DNA of 64,000 bases from contig CAVNZM010000003.1 of assembly GCA_963693365.1 (NCBI GenBank), positions 13,049,252 through 13,113,251 on the forward strand. The letters run 5' to 3'. Under the pieces are notes generated by a model. That model was not told where the DNA came from and made no database searches. It saw only the letters and a program-made list of their open reading frames with translations. Position numbers and translations under genes: made by a program. The DNA comes from Amoebidium appalachense (lineage: Eukaryota > Protista > Ichthyosporea). Positions 10,582 to 22,121 of the stretch are shown piece by piece; position 1 is the stretch's first letter; each line of letters begins with the position of its first letter.

Positions 10582-11078
10582 CCCTCCCCCCTTCCCCTCC
10601 CCCCCTCCCCCCCCCCCCTTGCCCTTTCCCTTTCCCACCCCCCTCCCCCTTCCCTTCCCCCCCCCCCCCCCCCCCCTCCCCCCCCCTCCCCTTTCCCCTT
10701 TCCCCCACCCCCCCCCCACCCCCCCCCCTCCCCCCCTTGCCCTTTCCCTTTCCCACCCCCCGCCCACCCCCCCCCCTCCCCTTTCCCCTTTCCCCACCCC
10801 CCCCCCCCCCCCCCCCCTCCCCTTTCCCCCCTCCCCCCCTCCCCTTTCCCCTTTCCCCACCCCCCCTCCCCCCCCTCCCCCCCCCCCCCCCCCCCTTGCC
10901 CTTTCCCTTTCCCCACACCCCCCCCCCCCCCCCCACACCCCCCCCCTCCCCTTTCCCCTCTTCCCCCCCCCCCACCCCCCCCCCCCCCACCCCCCACCCC
11001 CCTCCCCTTTCCCCTTTCCCCACCCCCTCCCCCCCCCTCCCCTTTCCCCCCCCCTTCCCCCCCCCCTCCCCCTTTCCC
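10582..11078 (+). repeat. ~500-bp C/T-rich low-complexity tract (G-rich on minus strand)
   Basis: Repeated CCCCCCCCTCCCCTTTCCCCTTTCCCCA units. Confidence 0.9.
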
Positions 11079-11223
11079 TGTGAGTCCCCTCCCATTTCAA
11101 TCCACAGTTGCCCCCCCCCCGGCCGCGGGCCCGCGCGGGCCGGCGGTGGGGCGTGGCGCGGGCGAGCGCCAGGCTGTGCGTGCCGGTGCGTGGCACGTGC
11201 GAGGCCATGTGCGCGCGTGTGCG

Positions 11224-11348
11224 GCCTACTGGTGTATGGCCAGAACACGTGCCTACTGGTGTATGGCTGGAACACGGCCTACTGGTGTATGGCTGGAACA
11301 CGGCCTACTGGTGTATGGCTGGAACACGTGCCTACCGGTGTATGGCTC
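11224..11348 (+). repeat. ~26-28-bp tandem repeat, ~5 copies
   Basis: CCTACTGGTGTATGGCTGGAACACG(G/TG) repeated; degenerate copies at 11430 and 11478. Confidence 0.85.
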
Positions 11349-12175
11349 GAAGAGGGGGGTGGGGGGGGGACTAAGGCTCGCAACCTGCCAGCGTGGGGCA
11401 CTGCAAAGCCTGCGTGTGCACGTGTACGGCCTACTGGTGTACGGCAAGGAGGGGGGGGGGGGGGGGGGGGCTCCGAGCCTACCAGAGTGTGGGTATGTGC
11501 AGGCTAATGTGTGCAGGTGTACGGCCGTGTATAGCCTGTGTGGGGCCCGATGGGCCGGTGTGAAGCCTGCTGCACGTGGGCGTGCACGTGTACAGCACGT
11601 GTGAGCCGTGCATATGCGCTGGTGTGGCCCGAGTGTACCACTGGAAGCAAGGAGGGTGCAGGATCGGAGCCTGTGATGGCACGTGCATGCAGGGTTCGGA
11701 CTCTTTGTTGCGCAAGTCGGCAAATTCATGCCTGCAATTATGCGGAGGTCCCACATATGTAGTGCACCGCAAAAACGGTGGTTTCAAACATGCAGGGCCG
11801 GTACGAACCCTAAAACACGTGCAGGTGGGTGGTTCTATGCCAGCAGCATAGGCCGAGTGCACGTGCTGGAATTTACACTTGTAAAAGATTGAAAATTCCG
11901 GAATGTCGGCAGAGCAGCAGGTCTGAATCCACCAATAGAACTGGATGGGGCAGTTAAGGCCGAGGGATGCATTGTCAAATCTGAGACATACAGGCACGAA
12001 ACCAGCTGTGTAGTACTGTGTGTGTACATATACCATACACCGTTATGCAGGGTGTGTGGCCTAGGGATGCATTGTCAAATATGAGGCATACAGGCATGAA
12101 ACCAACTGTGCAGTGCAGTGTGTGTGTGTGTGTGTGTGTATACACGTGTGTCTGGTGATATATGTTATACACAAA

Positions 12176-12258
<83 letters not shown>

Positions 12259-12268
12259 AGGGAGGGGG

Positions 12269-12304
<36 letters not shown>

Positions 12305-12667
12305 GGGGGAGGGGGGAGAGAGAGAGAAAGAGAGGGAGGGAGAGGGAGAGAGAGGGGGGGGGGAGGGAGGGAGAGAGAGAGAGGGAGGGAGGGGTGGGAG
12401 GGGAGGGGGGGAGCGGGGAGGGGGGAGAGACCAATGGGAGTAATGATATAGCCTTTGCCGCATGCACACAACTCAGCGGGGTTTGCCAATGAAAATTGGA
12501 ATCCATTCAACATCCAAAAAGCCACCCTGCACAAAAGCGCCAATGGCTACACCAACCCCCGCAAGAAATATGACGACGTCATGGTTCAGAATCCAGATCT
12601 GATCACAGTAGTGACAAGTGAATACATTTGTGATCAACGAGAGAGAAGACCCGTTACCGATGCAAGG

Positions 12668-12754
<87 letters not shown>

Positions 12755-12779
12755 GGAGGGAGGGAGGGAGGGAGGGAGG

Positions 12780-12810
<31 letters not shown>

Positions 12811-13048
12811 GGGGGAGAGAGAGAGGGGGGGGGGGAGGGAGGGAGAGAGAGAGAGAGAAAGAGAGGGAGGGAGAGGGAGAAAGAGAGGGAGGGAGAGGGA
12901 GAGAGAGGGGGAGGGGAGGGAGGGAGAGAGAGAGAGGGAGGGAGGGAGGGAGGGAGGGAGAGAGAGAGGGGGGGGGAGTGTGAGTGCACAGTCAAGACAC
13001 CGTCAGTTGTCAAACTTTTTTAAAGTGCCTCCGGTGCACTCTGTGTGT

Positions 13049-14420
13049 TTATTTAGCACTGCCCAACACCTGCATAAACAACGCTGGCAAGGTTAAACTT
13101 TTGGCAAGCTCCTCCTTAGCCTGTTTGAATGCTGCTTTTCGGGCAGCTTCCGTGATCTTCTCCGCCACCGTTTTTTCGGCTTCCCCCGCACTTGCCTGTG
13201 CGGGCGGGTTGTTGCAGGCCATGTCAAGCCACATGGGTGCGTCCCTGCTAAAGAAGCAGAGGAGTGCATGCAAAAGGGCGGGCACGTGCCCCTCGATGGC
13301 ACATATTGTGGCGGAGAGCAGCCCCCTCATCTCGGCGGGGCAGTGCTCAATGCAGCAGGTTTGGAAGGTGTACAGGGCCACCGGTTTGCCAAGGCCCAGC
13401 AAGTCGTATGTGTAGGTGTGTGTCGCCGACACGGGCCCCCCGGAGGAGGTCTCGTTGCTGCCGTATGCCTGGAGCCAGACCTCGTAGTCGTCGAAGCGGG
13501 AGGCACTGCGCTGGGGAACCAGCAGCAGATTTTCAAAGCGCAGGTCCTGGCAGTTGCCGTTGCGGTAAATCACGCGCTCGCCAATGGCCAGCCGGCGCAC
13601 GGGGCAGTCCTGGTGTGCATACTTGTAGCCGTAGTTGTATATCAGCTCGGAGGCACGCACCAGGTCGTTTTGCTGAGTGTGGGACCGGTGTGAGACTCGG
13701 TGCAGCATGTGTGTGGCCTGCGTGTCTTTTTTTTTCTTTTCTTTTTTTTTTTTTTTTTTTTTTGGCGGGGGGGGGGGGGGGCACCCACGTGCACCATGGT
13801 GTTATCCATCAGCAGCACCAGCTCGGGGCCCGGGCTGAGCCTGCGTGCGCAGCCGTGGTCCAGCTGCACAACGCCTGTGGGGTCAAAGTGGACCACATGT
13901 GCCCTGCCCCGCCAGGTCAGCCGGAGCCTCGAGAGGAGGATAAGGGCAAACCAGTCCATCTCGTATACATGACGGGCGGGTGGGGAGCCCGGCAGCACGG
14001 CCTCCACCATCACGCTGGCGGGGTCTGGCTCTGCCAAGCAACACCCGTGTATTCGTTGAGCTCCAACGGAGGGGTGGGGCCGGGATCATCGGCCACTGGC
14101 AGGAGCTTGTGGGAGTGCAGCATGAGGCTGGGGTAGCACGTGTTGCTCGGATCGGTGGGGTCCTCGTACTCCTACGTGGGTTTTGAGGGGGGGGGGGGGG
14201 GGAGTGTCACACAGCAATAGGCCACGCCAACTGTACAGTCTATACACACCTCGAAACAGGCCATGTAGCCTGCAGCAGGGTGCTTGCTTTTCTGCCTGCT
14301 CAGCCAGCCCTCTTTGGCATTAGCCTCCTGGAAGGCAGCCAGCCAGGTCAGGCTCTTAGGGCCTGTGAATTTGGCCAAACCACCGGCCTGCCCCCCACAG
14401 AAGACACCGAGGAGCCGCAT
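13049..14420 (-). CDS. Three-exon gene with degenerate HNH-like motif, left-arm copy (exons 14420-14250, 14171-13789, 13717-13049; 1-bp loss in the C-run near 14020)
   Basis: GT-AG introns with poly-C/poly-A tracts; RVIYRNGNCQDLRFENLLLV resembles the HNH core V-x-H-x-NG-x3-D-x-R-x-x-NL; upstream TATA (TTTTATAC at 14503) and AATAAA at the stop. Confidence 0.55.
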
Positions 14421-14728
14421 GATGGATGGCAGCCTGCGGTACAGCGCGGACACAGGCCGAAAACTTCGGACTGACTGACTGACTGACTGACCGATCGGCT
14501 GATTTTATACTTTGGGTGGGTGCGGGCTCGGCCAATCAAACATTTCACCTTGCCCAATGCCAGATCCACCAGTCCGGTGCCTTCTTGGCAGCATTAGCTG
14601 ATCCGGCAACGGGGCAGCCTGCGCAGCAGCAGACGGAACGAAGGGGCGGTCGTGGCATACAAAAAGCGCGAAAATGGGGGGTGCAGGCCGAGCTGGCAGG
14701 ACGGGGCCCGAGGGTGCGTGTTGCAGGC

Positions 14729-15670
14729 ATGAAGACGGCACCGTTTGCCAGGCTGGGGCCCCCGGCCCTGCCCGAAAACGCCAAAGACTACCGGGCCATG
14801 CACGAGCGGCTGCTGGACGGGGTGTTCCTGCGGAGACCCGTGGACACACCGTGCAGGCAAGTAGAAGCAGTGGGTGGGGTGGGTGGTGTGCGCAGATGCG
14901 TGTGTGGGGTGGGTGGTGTGCGCAGATGCGTGTGTGGGGTGGCGGCAGTGAGCAGATGCACGCACACCAGACCTTGCGACTTTGGTGGCCTGCCAGGCAC
15001 CGGTTTGTGTGCCTGTGCGAAGACTTGGTCAGCGCCAGTGTCGGTTTGGTCCGGCCACAAAAGTGACCCCGTCCCCCGCAGGCTGCCCCTGACCGTGGCG
15101 GCGCTGGTGAAGGCGCGCCTGTTCACGCACTCGTGGGACGAGATGTGTGCCAATCAGGCCGTGTGCGCAGAGGGCCACCTGACGTTCTACTACCTCTCCT
15201 CGCTGTGGAAGGCCGGCATGTCGCTGTGGGAGCGCCTTCTGGTCGACGACACCCCCATGGCCCACCGTGTGCAGCAGCTGCTCTCGCTCGACCAGTGCCC
15301 GCACGTGTGCGCCATGTGCCGCGTGGTGGTGTCCTGTGGTGCCGGCAGAGACGGGCCCCCGCACTGGCGCGCCGTCAACCTGCGTGGCAAGCGGCGGCGC
15401 GGCGGGCTGCCTGCGCAGCCCGGGCTGCGGCCTTTTCCGTACGGCGACGGGCCCGTGCACTACCAGGAGGCCGGGATGATGGAGCGGCAGCTGGCGCTGA
15501 CCGTGGTCGAGCGGCTGTTTGTGTGCGGGGGCTGCCTGGCCGTGGTGGAGAAGCTGCATCAGCAGGGGAGGCCGGGGTGGTTCCCTCCTTGCGGCCGCCA
15601 CTCGGTGTGCCGGCTGCACGAGCCGGACTGGGAGGAGGACAGCGACAAAGAGAACGAGGAATGGGACTAA
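14729..15670 (+). CDS. Cys/His-rich hypothetical protein, left-arm copy (possible in-frame GC-AG intron 14857-14970)
   Basis: Coding-like GC-rich ORF with CPHVCAMC, CGGC and CGRHSVC motifs and an acidic tail; divergent from the HNH-like gene. Confidence 0.55.
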   Translation: MKTAPFARLGPPALPENAKDYRAMHERLLDGVFLRRPVDTPCRQVEAVGGVGGVRRCVCGVGGVRRCVCGVAAVSRCTHTRPCDFGGLPGTGLCACAKTWSAPVSVWSGHKSDPVPRRLPLTVAALVKARLFTHSWDEMCANQAVCAEGHLTFYYLSSLWKAGMSLWERLLVDDTPMAHRVQQLLSLDQCPHVCAMCRVVVSCGAGRDGPPHWRAVNLRGKRRRGGLPAQPGLRPFPYGDGPVHYQEAGMMERQLALTVVERLFVCGGCLAVVEKLHQQGRPGWFPPCGRHSVCRLHEPDWEEDSDKENEEWD

Positions 15671-16528
15671 AGAAGGAAGAACTAGCGGGGAAACCAGCGA
15701 GAAAACTGGCGCAAAAACCAGCGAGGAGAACAGCGCAAAAACCAGCGAGGAGAACAGCGCAAAAACCAGCGAGGAGAACAGCAAAAATAAAGCCAGAGCG
15801 GCGCGAAAAAAATCAGCGAGAAGATCGCAAAAATAAGGCCAAAGTGGTGCGTGCGTGTGTCTGTGTGTGCGCATGTGTGGGGCGTGTGCGGGAGGGGGGA
15901 GGGGGGGGGGTCACCGGGCGATATGTTTTGCTTTGGCGAATCCGGGTGCAGCTGCATGGGCCCGCCTCGGTGCCGCTGGTGACCCCCAGTCCCCACTCTA
16001 GCGCAGAAAAAAAAATCTGCGGGTGCGTGCGTGCATGTGTCTGTGTGTGCGCATGTGTGGGGCGTGTGCGGGAGGGGGAGGGGGGGGGGGGGCACCGGGC
16101 GATATGTTTTGCTTTGGCGAATCCGGGTGCAGCTGCATGGGCCCTGCTCGGTGCACCTGGGTGCAGCTGCATGGGCCCTCCTCGGTGCAGCTGGTGACCC
16201 CCAGTCCCCACTCTAGCGCAGAAAAAAATCTGCGGGTGCGTGCGTGCGTGTGTCTGGTGCAGCCGAACAAAACCCCAAAATCGGGGGGTGGGAATACCCC
16301 GCCATCCCAGCTCAGCCAATCAAAACCATTCGTTAGAAATAGCGGGGGCCAAATCCAGCCAGCCAATCAAAAAGCAGCGGGACCCACACGCCGGCCGTCA
16401 CGTGGCCTACTAGGTCCTAGCCAGCCAATCAAAAAGGACTTGTTGGTCTTGCAATAGCCCTCACGCGACCCGGGGCCCTGCTGCGCACGTGTGTGTCTGT
16501 GCAGGGCCAGGGGCGGGGGGGGGGGGGG

Positions 16529-17459
16529 GGTAAACTTGGTCTGTGTGGTGTGTGGAAAAATCTCTCTCCGCTGGGTATGTAGCATCACATGCAGGTAAAC
16601 TTTGGTCTGTGTGGTGTGTGGAAAAATCTGCTGGGTATGTAGCATCACATGCGGGTAAACTTGGTCTGTGTGGTGTGTGGAAAAATCTCTCTCCGCTGGG
16701 TATGTCAGCTATCAGCCAATCGGATCTGGTATAAAACAATGACATATGGTATGTAAGCCTTTACCATAGTATGGTATGTAAGCCTTTACTTATACGGTTG
16801 ACTATTCTCCACCGTTGTTACTAATGATTATAAATGTATATCCAATACACACCTACTTATTGTGGTTGAAGAGTGTTCAAATAAATAACATATGTATCAG
16901 ATCACACTGCATGTATACAAATTATAACAAATATCCGATTGGCTGATAGCTGACATACCCAGCGGAGAGAGATTTTTCCACACACCACACAGACCAAGTT
17001 TACCCGCATGTGATGCTACATACCCAGCAGCTGGGTATGTCAGCTATCAGCCAATCGGATCTGGTATAAAACAATGACATATGGTATGTAAGCCTTTACT
17101 TATGGTATGTAAGCCTTTACTTATACGGTTGACTATTCTCCGCCGTTGTTACTAATGATTATAAATGTATATCCAATACACACCTACTTATTGTGGTTGA
17201 AGAGTGTTCAAATAAATAACATATGTATCAGATCACACTGCATGTATACAAATTATAACAAATATCCGATTGGCTGATAGCTGACATACCCAGCGGAGAG
17301 AGATTTTTCCACACACCACACAGACCAAGTTTACCCGCATGTGATGCTACATACCCAGCAGATTTTTCCACACACCACACAGACCAAGTTTACCCGCATG
17401 TGATGCTACATACCCAGCGGAGAGAGATTTTTCCACACATCACACAGACCAAGTTTACC
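16529..17459. repeat. Foldback structure: inverted arrays of ~60-70-bp modules flanking a duplicated ~205-210-bp AT-rich core
   Basis: GGTAAACTTGGTCTGTGTGGTGTGTGGAAAAATCTCTCTCCGCTGGGTATG modules face their reverse complements; AT-rich core at ~16724-16933 and ~17061-17263. Confidence 0.85.
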
Positions 17460-17597
17460 ACCACCCCTCCCCACCACCGCACACAGAGGCCTGCGCACGC
17501 CGTTGACGTTAGATGGAGGGAGAGCCTATCCGGCGCAAAAAGTAAGGGCCCAACTGCGCCAAACTGCGCCTATGGAGACGTTTTGCAGTGTGCGGCT

Positions 17598-17963
17598 CTA
17601 AATGAACAGTTCAGTTGGCGGATAGGGCCAAGCAGGGCCCACGTGGACGCGTGGCCACTGCGGGAGCCAATGAAAGGGCCGATCCGGGATTTGCCAAGTT
17701 CCAACACAGCCAAAAAAGACGTCTGTATGCACCCAAGCAGCGCCTATGTGGCCGTGTTTGTGCTGGGAGGGGTGCGGCGCTAAATGAACAATTTGGCGAG
17801 TAGGGCCAAGCAGGGCCCAGGTGGACGTGTGGCCACTGCGGGAGCCAATGAAAGGGCCGATCCGGGATTTGCCAAGCTCCAACACAGCCAAAAAAGACGT
17901 CTGTATGCACCCAAGCAGCGCCTATGTGGCCGTGTTTGTGCTGGGAGGGGTGCGGCTATAAAA
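17598..17963 (+). promoter_or_regulatory. Tandemly duplicated ~180-bp upstream block with CCAAT boxes ending in a TATA box (TATAAAA 17957-17963)
   Basis: Two copies starting CTAAATGAACA, each with GAGCCAATG; the TATA lies ~65 bp before ATG 18027. Confidence 0.55.
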
Positions 17964-18026
17964 GACACGTGCTGGTCAAAACCTTGTCAGTGTGTGCGTA
18001 TCACAGCTGCAGTCCGCCTGTTCAGC

Positions 18027-18392
18027 ATGGCCGGGAGAGTTCATCGTATGTGCCCTCACAATAAGAGGAAGTACGTGTGCAGACTTTGTGGAGGCGGCTC
18101 GTTTTGTGTGCACAAAAAGCACAAGAAGAAGTGCGCAAAATGCAAGAAGTGTCTTCACAACAAAGCAACGGCTGAGTGCGAAGACTGCAGCTCGTTTAAG
18201 TGTGTCCACGGCCAAAGACAGCCGTGCAGGAAGTGCCTGGAGGTGGTAATATGTATTCACAGGTGGCCCATGTTAATGTGCAGGGACTGTCAAGACGATT
18301 TGATGGCTGCACAGGAAGCCCACACCCAGCGCAAATTATTCGCGAGTGCGCAGACGGCACCTTCGGCGATCTCCGGCCCACCGTCGGCATAG
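18027..18392 (+). CDS. Small CxH...CxxC repeat (zinc-binding) protein of the type common in algal/protist large DNA viruses, left-arm copy
   Basis: CPHNKRKYVCRLCGGGSFCVHKKHKKKCAKC..CLH..CEDC..CVHGQRQPCRKC..ICIH..CRDC; TATA upstream. Confidence 0.7.
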   Translation: MAGRVHRMCPHNKRKYVCRLCGGGSFCVHKKHKKKCAKCKKCLHNKATAECEDCSSFKCVHGQRQPCRKCLEVVICIHRWPMLMCRDCQDDLMAAQEAHTQRKLFASAQTAPSAISGPPSA

Positions 18393-19112
18393 CACGTGTG
18401 CGTGTGTGCCTTTCCATGGCAAACGTGAGCGTGAATTTGGCGATTTGAGGTTGACTTCCACAGTAACTGGCACGGGGGAGAGGGGCTGCATGGACAGGGG
18501 GTTGGCAATTGTCAAATCTGGTTTGTAGAGAGTGCACCACACAGTCTAAGCGGCAAAAAAAAACTCATTTATTGGTGGAGAGAACACCACCCGATGATGT
18601 GAATAAAACTGCATATACATGGGGTGCAAAAGGCCACAGGCCACGCTGAGAGTCGGAGGCACACACACACAAGTGGCTACACAAGTGGACTCTATAGTTA
18701 CCCCCCTACCCCCTCCCCCCCCCCCTCCCCCCCCCCCCCCCCCCAACCCCACCTCTAACCCCCCTACCCCTACCTATACCCCCCCCTACCCCCCCCCCCC
18801 CCCTCCCCCTTCCCCTTTCTCCTTTGTGCAAGGAATAATACCAATTTTTTTTTTCTTCCCTTTTTCTTTTTTCGGGGGGGAGGGGGGGGGGGACTGCTTT
18901 GCTTATATCTTTATCCCTTTTTGCCATTGGGTGTGGGAGGGGGAGTGAGGATGGGGGGAGGGGGGGTGCCGGGATGTGCAAGTAATATTAGCGATTTTTT
19001 ATTTCTTTTCTTTTTCTTTTTTTTTTTTTTTTTTTGGGGGGGGGGGGGGGGGGCTGCTATGCTTATATCTTTATCCCTTTTTGCCATTGGGTGTGGGAGG
19101 GGGAGTGAGGAT

Positions 19113-19145
<33 letters not shown>

Positions 19146-19454
19146 GCCGGGATGTGCAAGTAATAGCGATTTTTTATTCTTTCCTTTTTCTTTTTTTTTG
19201 GGGGGGGGGTTGGTAATTGTCAAATCTGGTTGGTGGAGAGAGCACCACACAGCCTGTGCGGCAAAAAAACATTTTAATTGGTGAATAGAGCACCACTGTG
19301 ACCCAAGGGCCTGAATAAAACTGCATATGTATCTATACAGTGCAAACAGCCACAGGCCGCACCGATGACTGAAATCACCCACACACACACGTAGCTACAC
19401 ATTTGGACTTCGTGGTTACCCCCTATCCCCCCCCCCCCCCCCTACTCCCCCCTG

Positions 19455-20640
19455 CCCGAGGCTGCCCCCTTCCCCTTCCCCTTCCCCTTCGAGGCTGCAG
19501 CCTTCCCCTTCGAGAATGCAGCCTTCCCTTTCGAGGCTGCACCCATCCCCTTCGAGGCTACAGCCTTCCCCTTCGAGGCTACAGCCTTAGCCTTCCCCTT
19601 CGAGGCTACAGCCTTCCCTCCACCTGTCTGAGGCTGGGGGGGCTCCCCCCTTCCCCCCCCCCTCCCCTCCCTTCCCTTCCTCCCCCCCCCCTCCCCTCCC
19701 TTCCCTTCCCTCCCCCCCCCTCCCCTCCCTTCCCTTCCTCCCCTCCCTTCCCTCCCTCCCCTGCTTTATTTCCGCTTCGTGTGTTTGGTCTTTTGTTTTT
19801 GCATCTTCTCATGATGGTCATGGTGTCGGTCTTGTATGGTTTACTTAAATCGAGGTACCGCGGCCGTGCTGTCACAGTGGCGGTCCGGGTGTGCTCCTCC
19901 ACTGTGTGTGTAGAGGTGTGTGTGTGGGGAGGGGGGGGGGGGGGGGGGTCAGAAGCTGTACATGCGCATTACGGTGTAGAGGCAGAGAGAGAGGGAGGGA
20001 AGGGGACGGATAGAGCCCGGGGATGCGTCGTTTGAGAGAGAGAGCACGGGAAGCTTCATTGAGAGGAGGGGGGGGGGAGGAGGCAGGGGAAGGGGAGGAG
20101 GCAGGCAGAGAGCCCAGCAATGCTCCGTCGAGACAGAGAGGGGGAGAGAGGGAGGGAGAGAAAGGGAGAAAGGAGAAGATGCGCGGCAGGGGAAGGGGAG
20201 GAGGCAGGGAAGAGGGCCCAGCAATGCTTCGTCGAGACAGAGAGGGGGAGAGAGGGAGGGAGAGAGGGGGGGAGAGAGGGAGAGAGAGGGAGAAAGGAGA
20301 ACTTGAAGATGCGCGGCAGGGGAAGGGGAGGAGGCAGGGAAGAGGGCCCAGCAATGCTTCGTCGAGACAGAGAGGGGGAGAGAGCCTGAGGGAGAGAGAG
20401 GGAGGAGGCAGGGAAGAGGGCCCAGCAATGCTCCGTTGAGACAGAGAGGGGGGAGAGAGAGAGGGAGAGAGAGGGGGAGAGAGGGAGGGGGAGAGAGGGG
20501 GAGAGAGGGAGAACTTGAAGATGCTCGGCAGGGGAAGGGGAGGAGGCAGGCAGAGGGCCCAGCCATGCTCCATCGAGACAGAGAGGGGGAGAGAGGGAGG
20601 GAGTGAGAGGGGGAGAGAGGGAGGGAAAGGGAGGAGGCAG
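19455..20640 (+). repeat. ~21-bp tandem repeat (19455-19620) and purine-rich ~60-120-bp repeat family (20060-20640); mirrored at ~30030-31490
   Basis: CTTCCCCTTCGAGGCTGCAGC units; AGAGGGCCCAGCAATGCTTCGTCGAGACAGAGAG units. Confidence 0.8.
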
Positions 20641-21094
20641 GCACCGCCCACAGGATTGCATCGACGTGCTGGGGCTGGGCAGCAAGCGCGTGTTGCCCTT
20701 CCTGCCCGCCGGCAGCAACCGATTTGACACAGCCGAGGAGGCCTCAGTTGCCGCCTCCCGTGCCTACCCCGTCTACAGCATGCAAGTGCGCGGCTTCACC
20801 GAGCAGGAATACCTGGACTCCTGCGGGCCCTTCGGCATCCCCCCTGTGGCCGAGGAGGAGAGGGCCAGCGGCGTGCTTGCCAACCACCGCGCCCTTGCCC
20901 GGAGGGCGGCCATGGCCGCCCTCAAGCCCGTGTTTGGGGTGCCTGCCCCCAGCCCCATTCCCCACAACCCGTGGTGCCCGGTGCACCAGAACCGAGAGAG
21001 CATCGCGCGCGGGAACAAGGACTTTGCATTACGCCGCAGCTGTGTGTGCAGTTGGAGGGGGCCCCGGCCACCGAGGGTGCCATGGTGTGCCTGA
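20640..21094 (+). pseudogene. 5'-truncated copy of the HNH-AP2 gene (C-terminal part only)
   Basis: HRPQDCIDVLGLGSK...PRVPWCA matches the end of ORF 23724-24860; fused to the GA-rich repeat at a GGCA microhomology. Confidence 0.85.
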
Positions 21095-21285
21095 CGGTGT
21101 CGTGGAGGTGGAAGGGCCGGGCTTTGGGGCTGTAGTGCGATGGCGCTGATATGCGCGATCGTGTCCTGCAACATGCCCTGTTTTTGCTTTGTCGGACCCG
21201 GGCCTGCCCGCACATGCACAACTGGGACCTGCAACATGCCCTGTTTTTGCTTTGTCAGACCCGGACCTGCCTGCACATGCACCCA

Positions 21286-21965
21286 CAGCATTGCCTTGTT
21301 TTACTTTGTCAAATATGGAGCTGCCTGCACATGCGCGTTGCCGCCTGTAACCAGCCAGGTGCTGAATTGTCAAATATGGAGCTGCCTGCACATGCACGTT
21401 ACCGCCCGTAACATTGCCTTGTTATACTTTGTCAAATATGGAGCTGCCTGCACATGCACGTTGCCGCCTGTAACCAGCCAGGTGCTGAATTGTCAAATAT
21501 GGAGCTGCCTGCACATGCACGTTACCGCCCGTAACATTGCCTTGTTATACTTTGTCAAATATGGAGCTGCCTGCACATGCACGTTGCCGCCTGTAACCAG
21601 CCAGGTGCTGAATTGTCAAATATGGAGCTGCCTGCACATGCACATTACCGCCCGTAACATTGCCTTGTTATACTTTGTCAAAGATGGAGCTGCCTGCACA
21701 TGCACGTTGCCGCCTGTAACCAGCCAGGTGCTGAATTGTCAAATATGGAGCTGCCTGCACATGCACGTTACCGCCCGTAACATTGCCTTGTTATACTTTG
21801 TCAAATATGGAGCTGCCTGCACATGCACGTTACCGCCTGTAACCAGCCAGGTGCTGAATTGTCAAATATGGAGCTGCCTGCACATGCACGTTACCGCCTG
21901 TAACCAGCCAGGTGCTGAATTGTCAAATATGGAGCTGCCTGCACATGCGCAACTAGGACCTGTAA
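21286..21965 (+). repeat. Sub-terminal tandem array, left: 123-bp dimeric unit, ~5 copies
   Basis: Core TGTCAAATATGGAGCTGCCTGCACATGCACGTT(A/G)CCGCC(C/T)GTAAC alternates with two fixed linkers. Confidence 0.95.
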
Positions 21966-22121
21966 CATGCCCGGCCCAATCAGAACAAAACGTTAAAAAT
22001 TATAATATAGCGCGCGTGTGTGAGTTAGGACCTGTAACGGGCCCGGTGCCCAATCAGAACAAAACATTAAAATTTAAATTTAACGAGTTTTGGGGGACGC
22101 GCAAAAAAATTGTAATGTAAG

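Noticed and set aside
10470-13096. Pro/Gly/Glu-Arg-rich ORFs (also at 19.4-20.7, 29.5-31.5, 37.9-39 and 52.6-53.4 kb)
   Set aside because: Translations of poly-C/G and (GA)n low-complexity DNA
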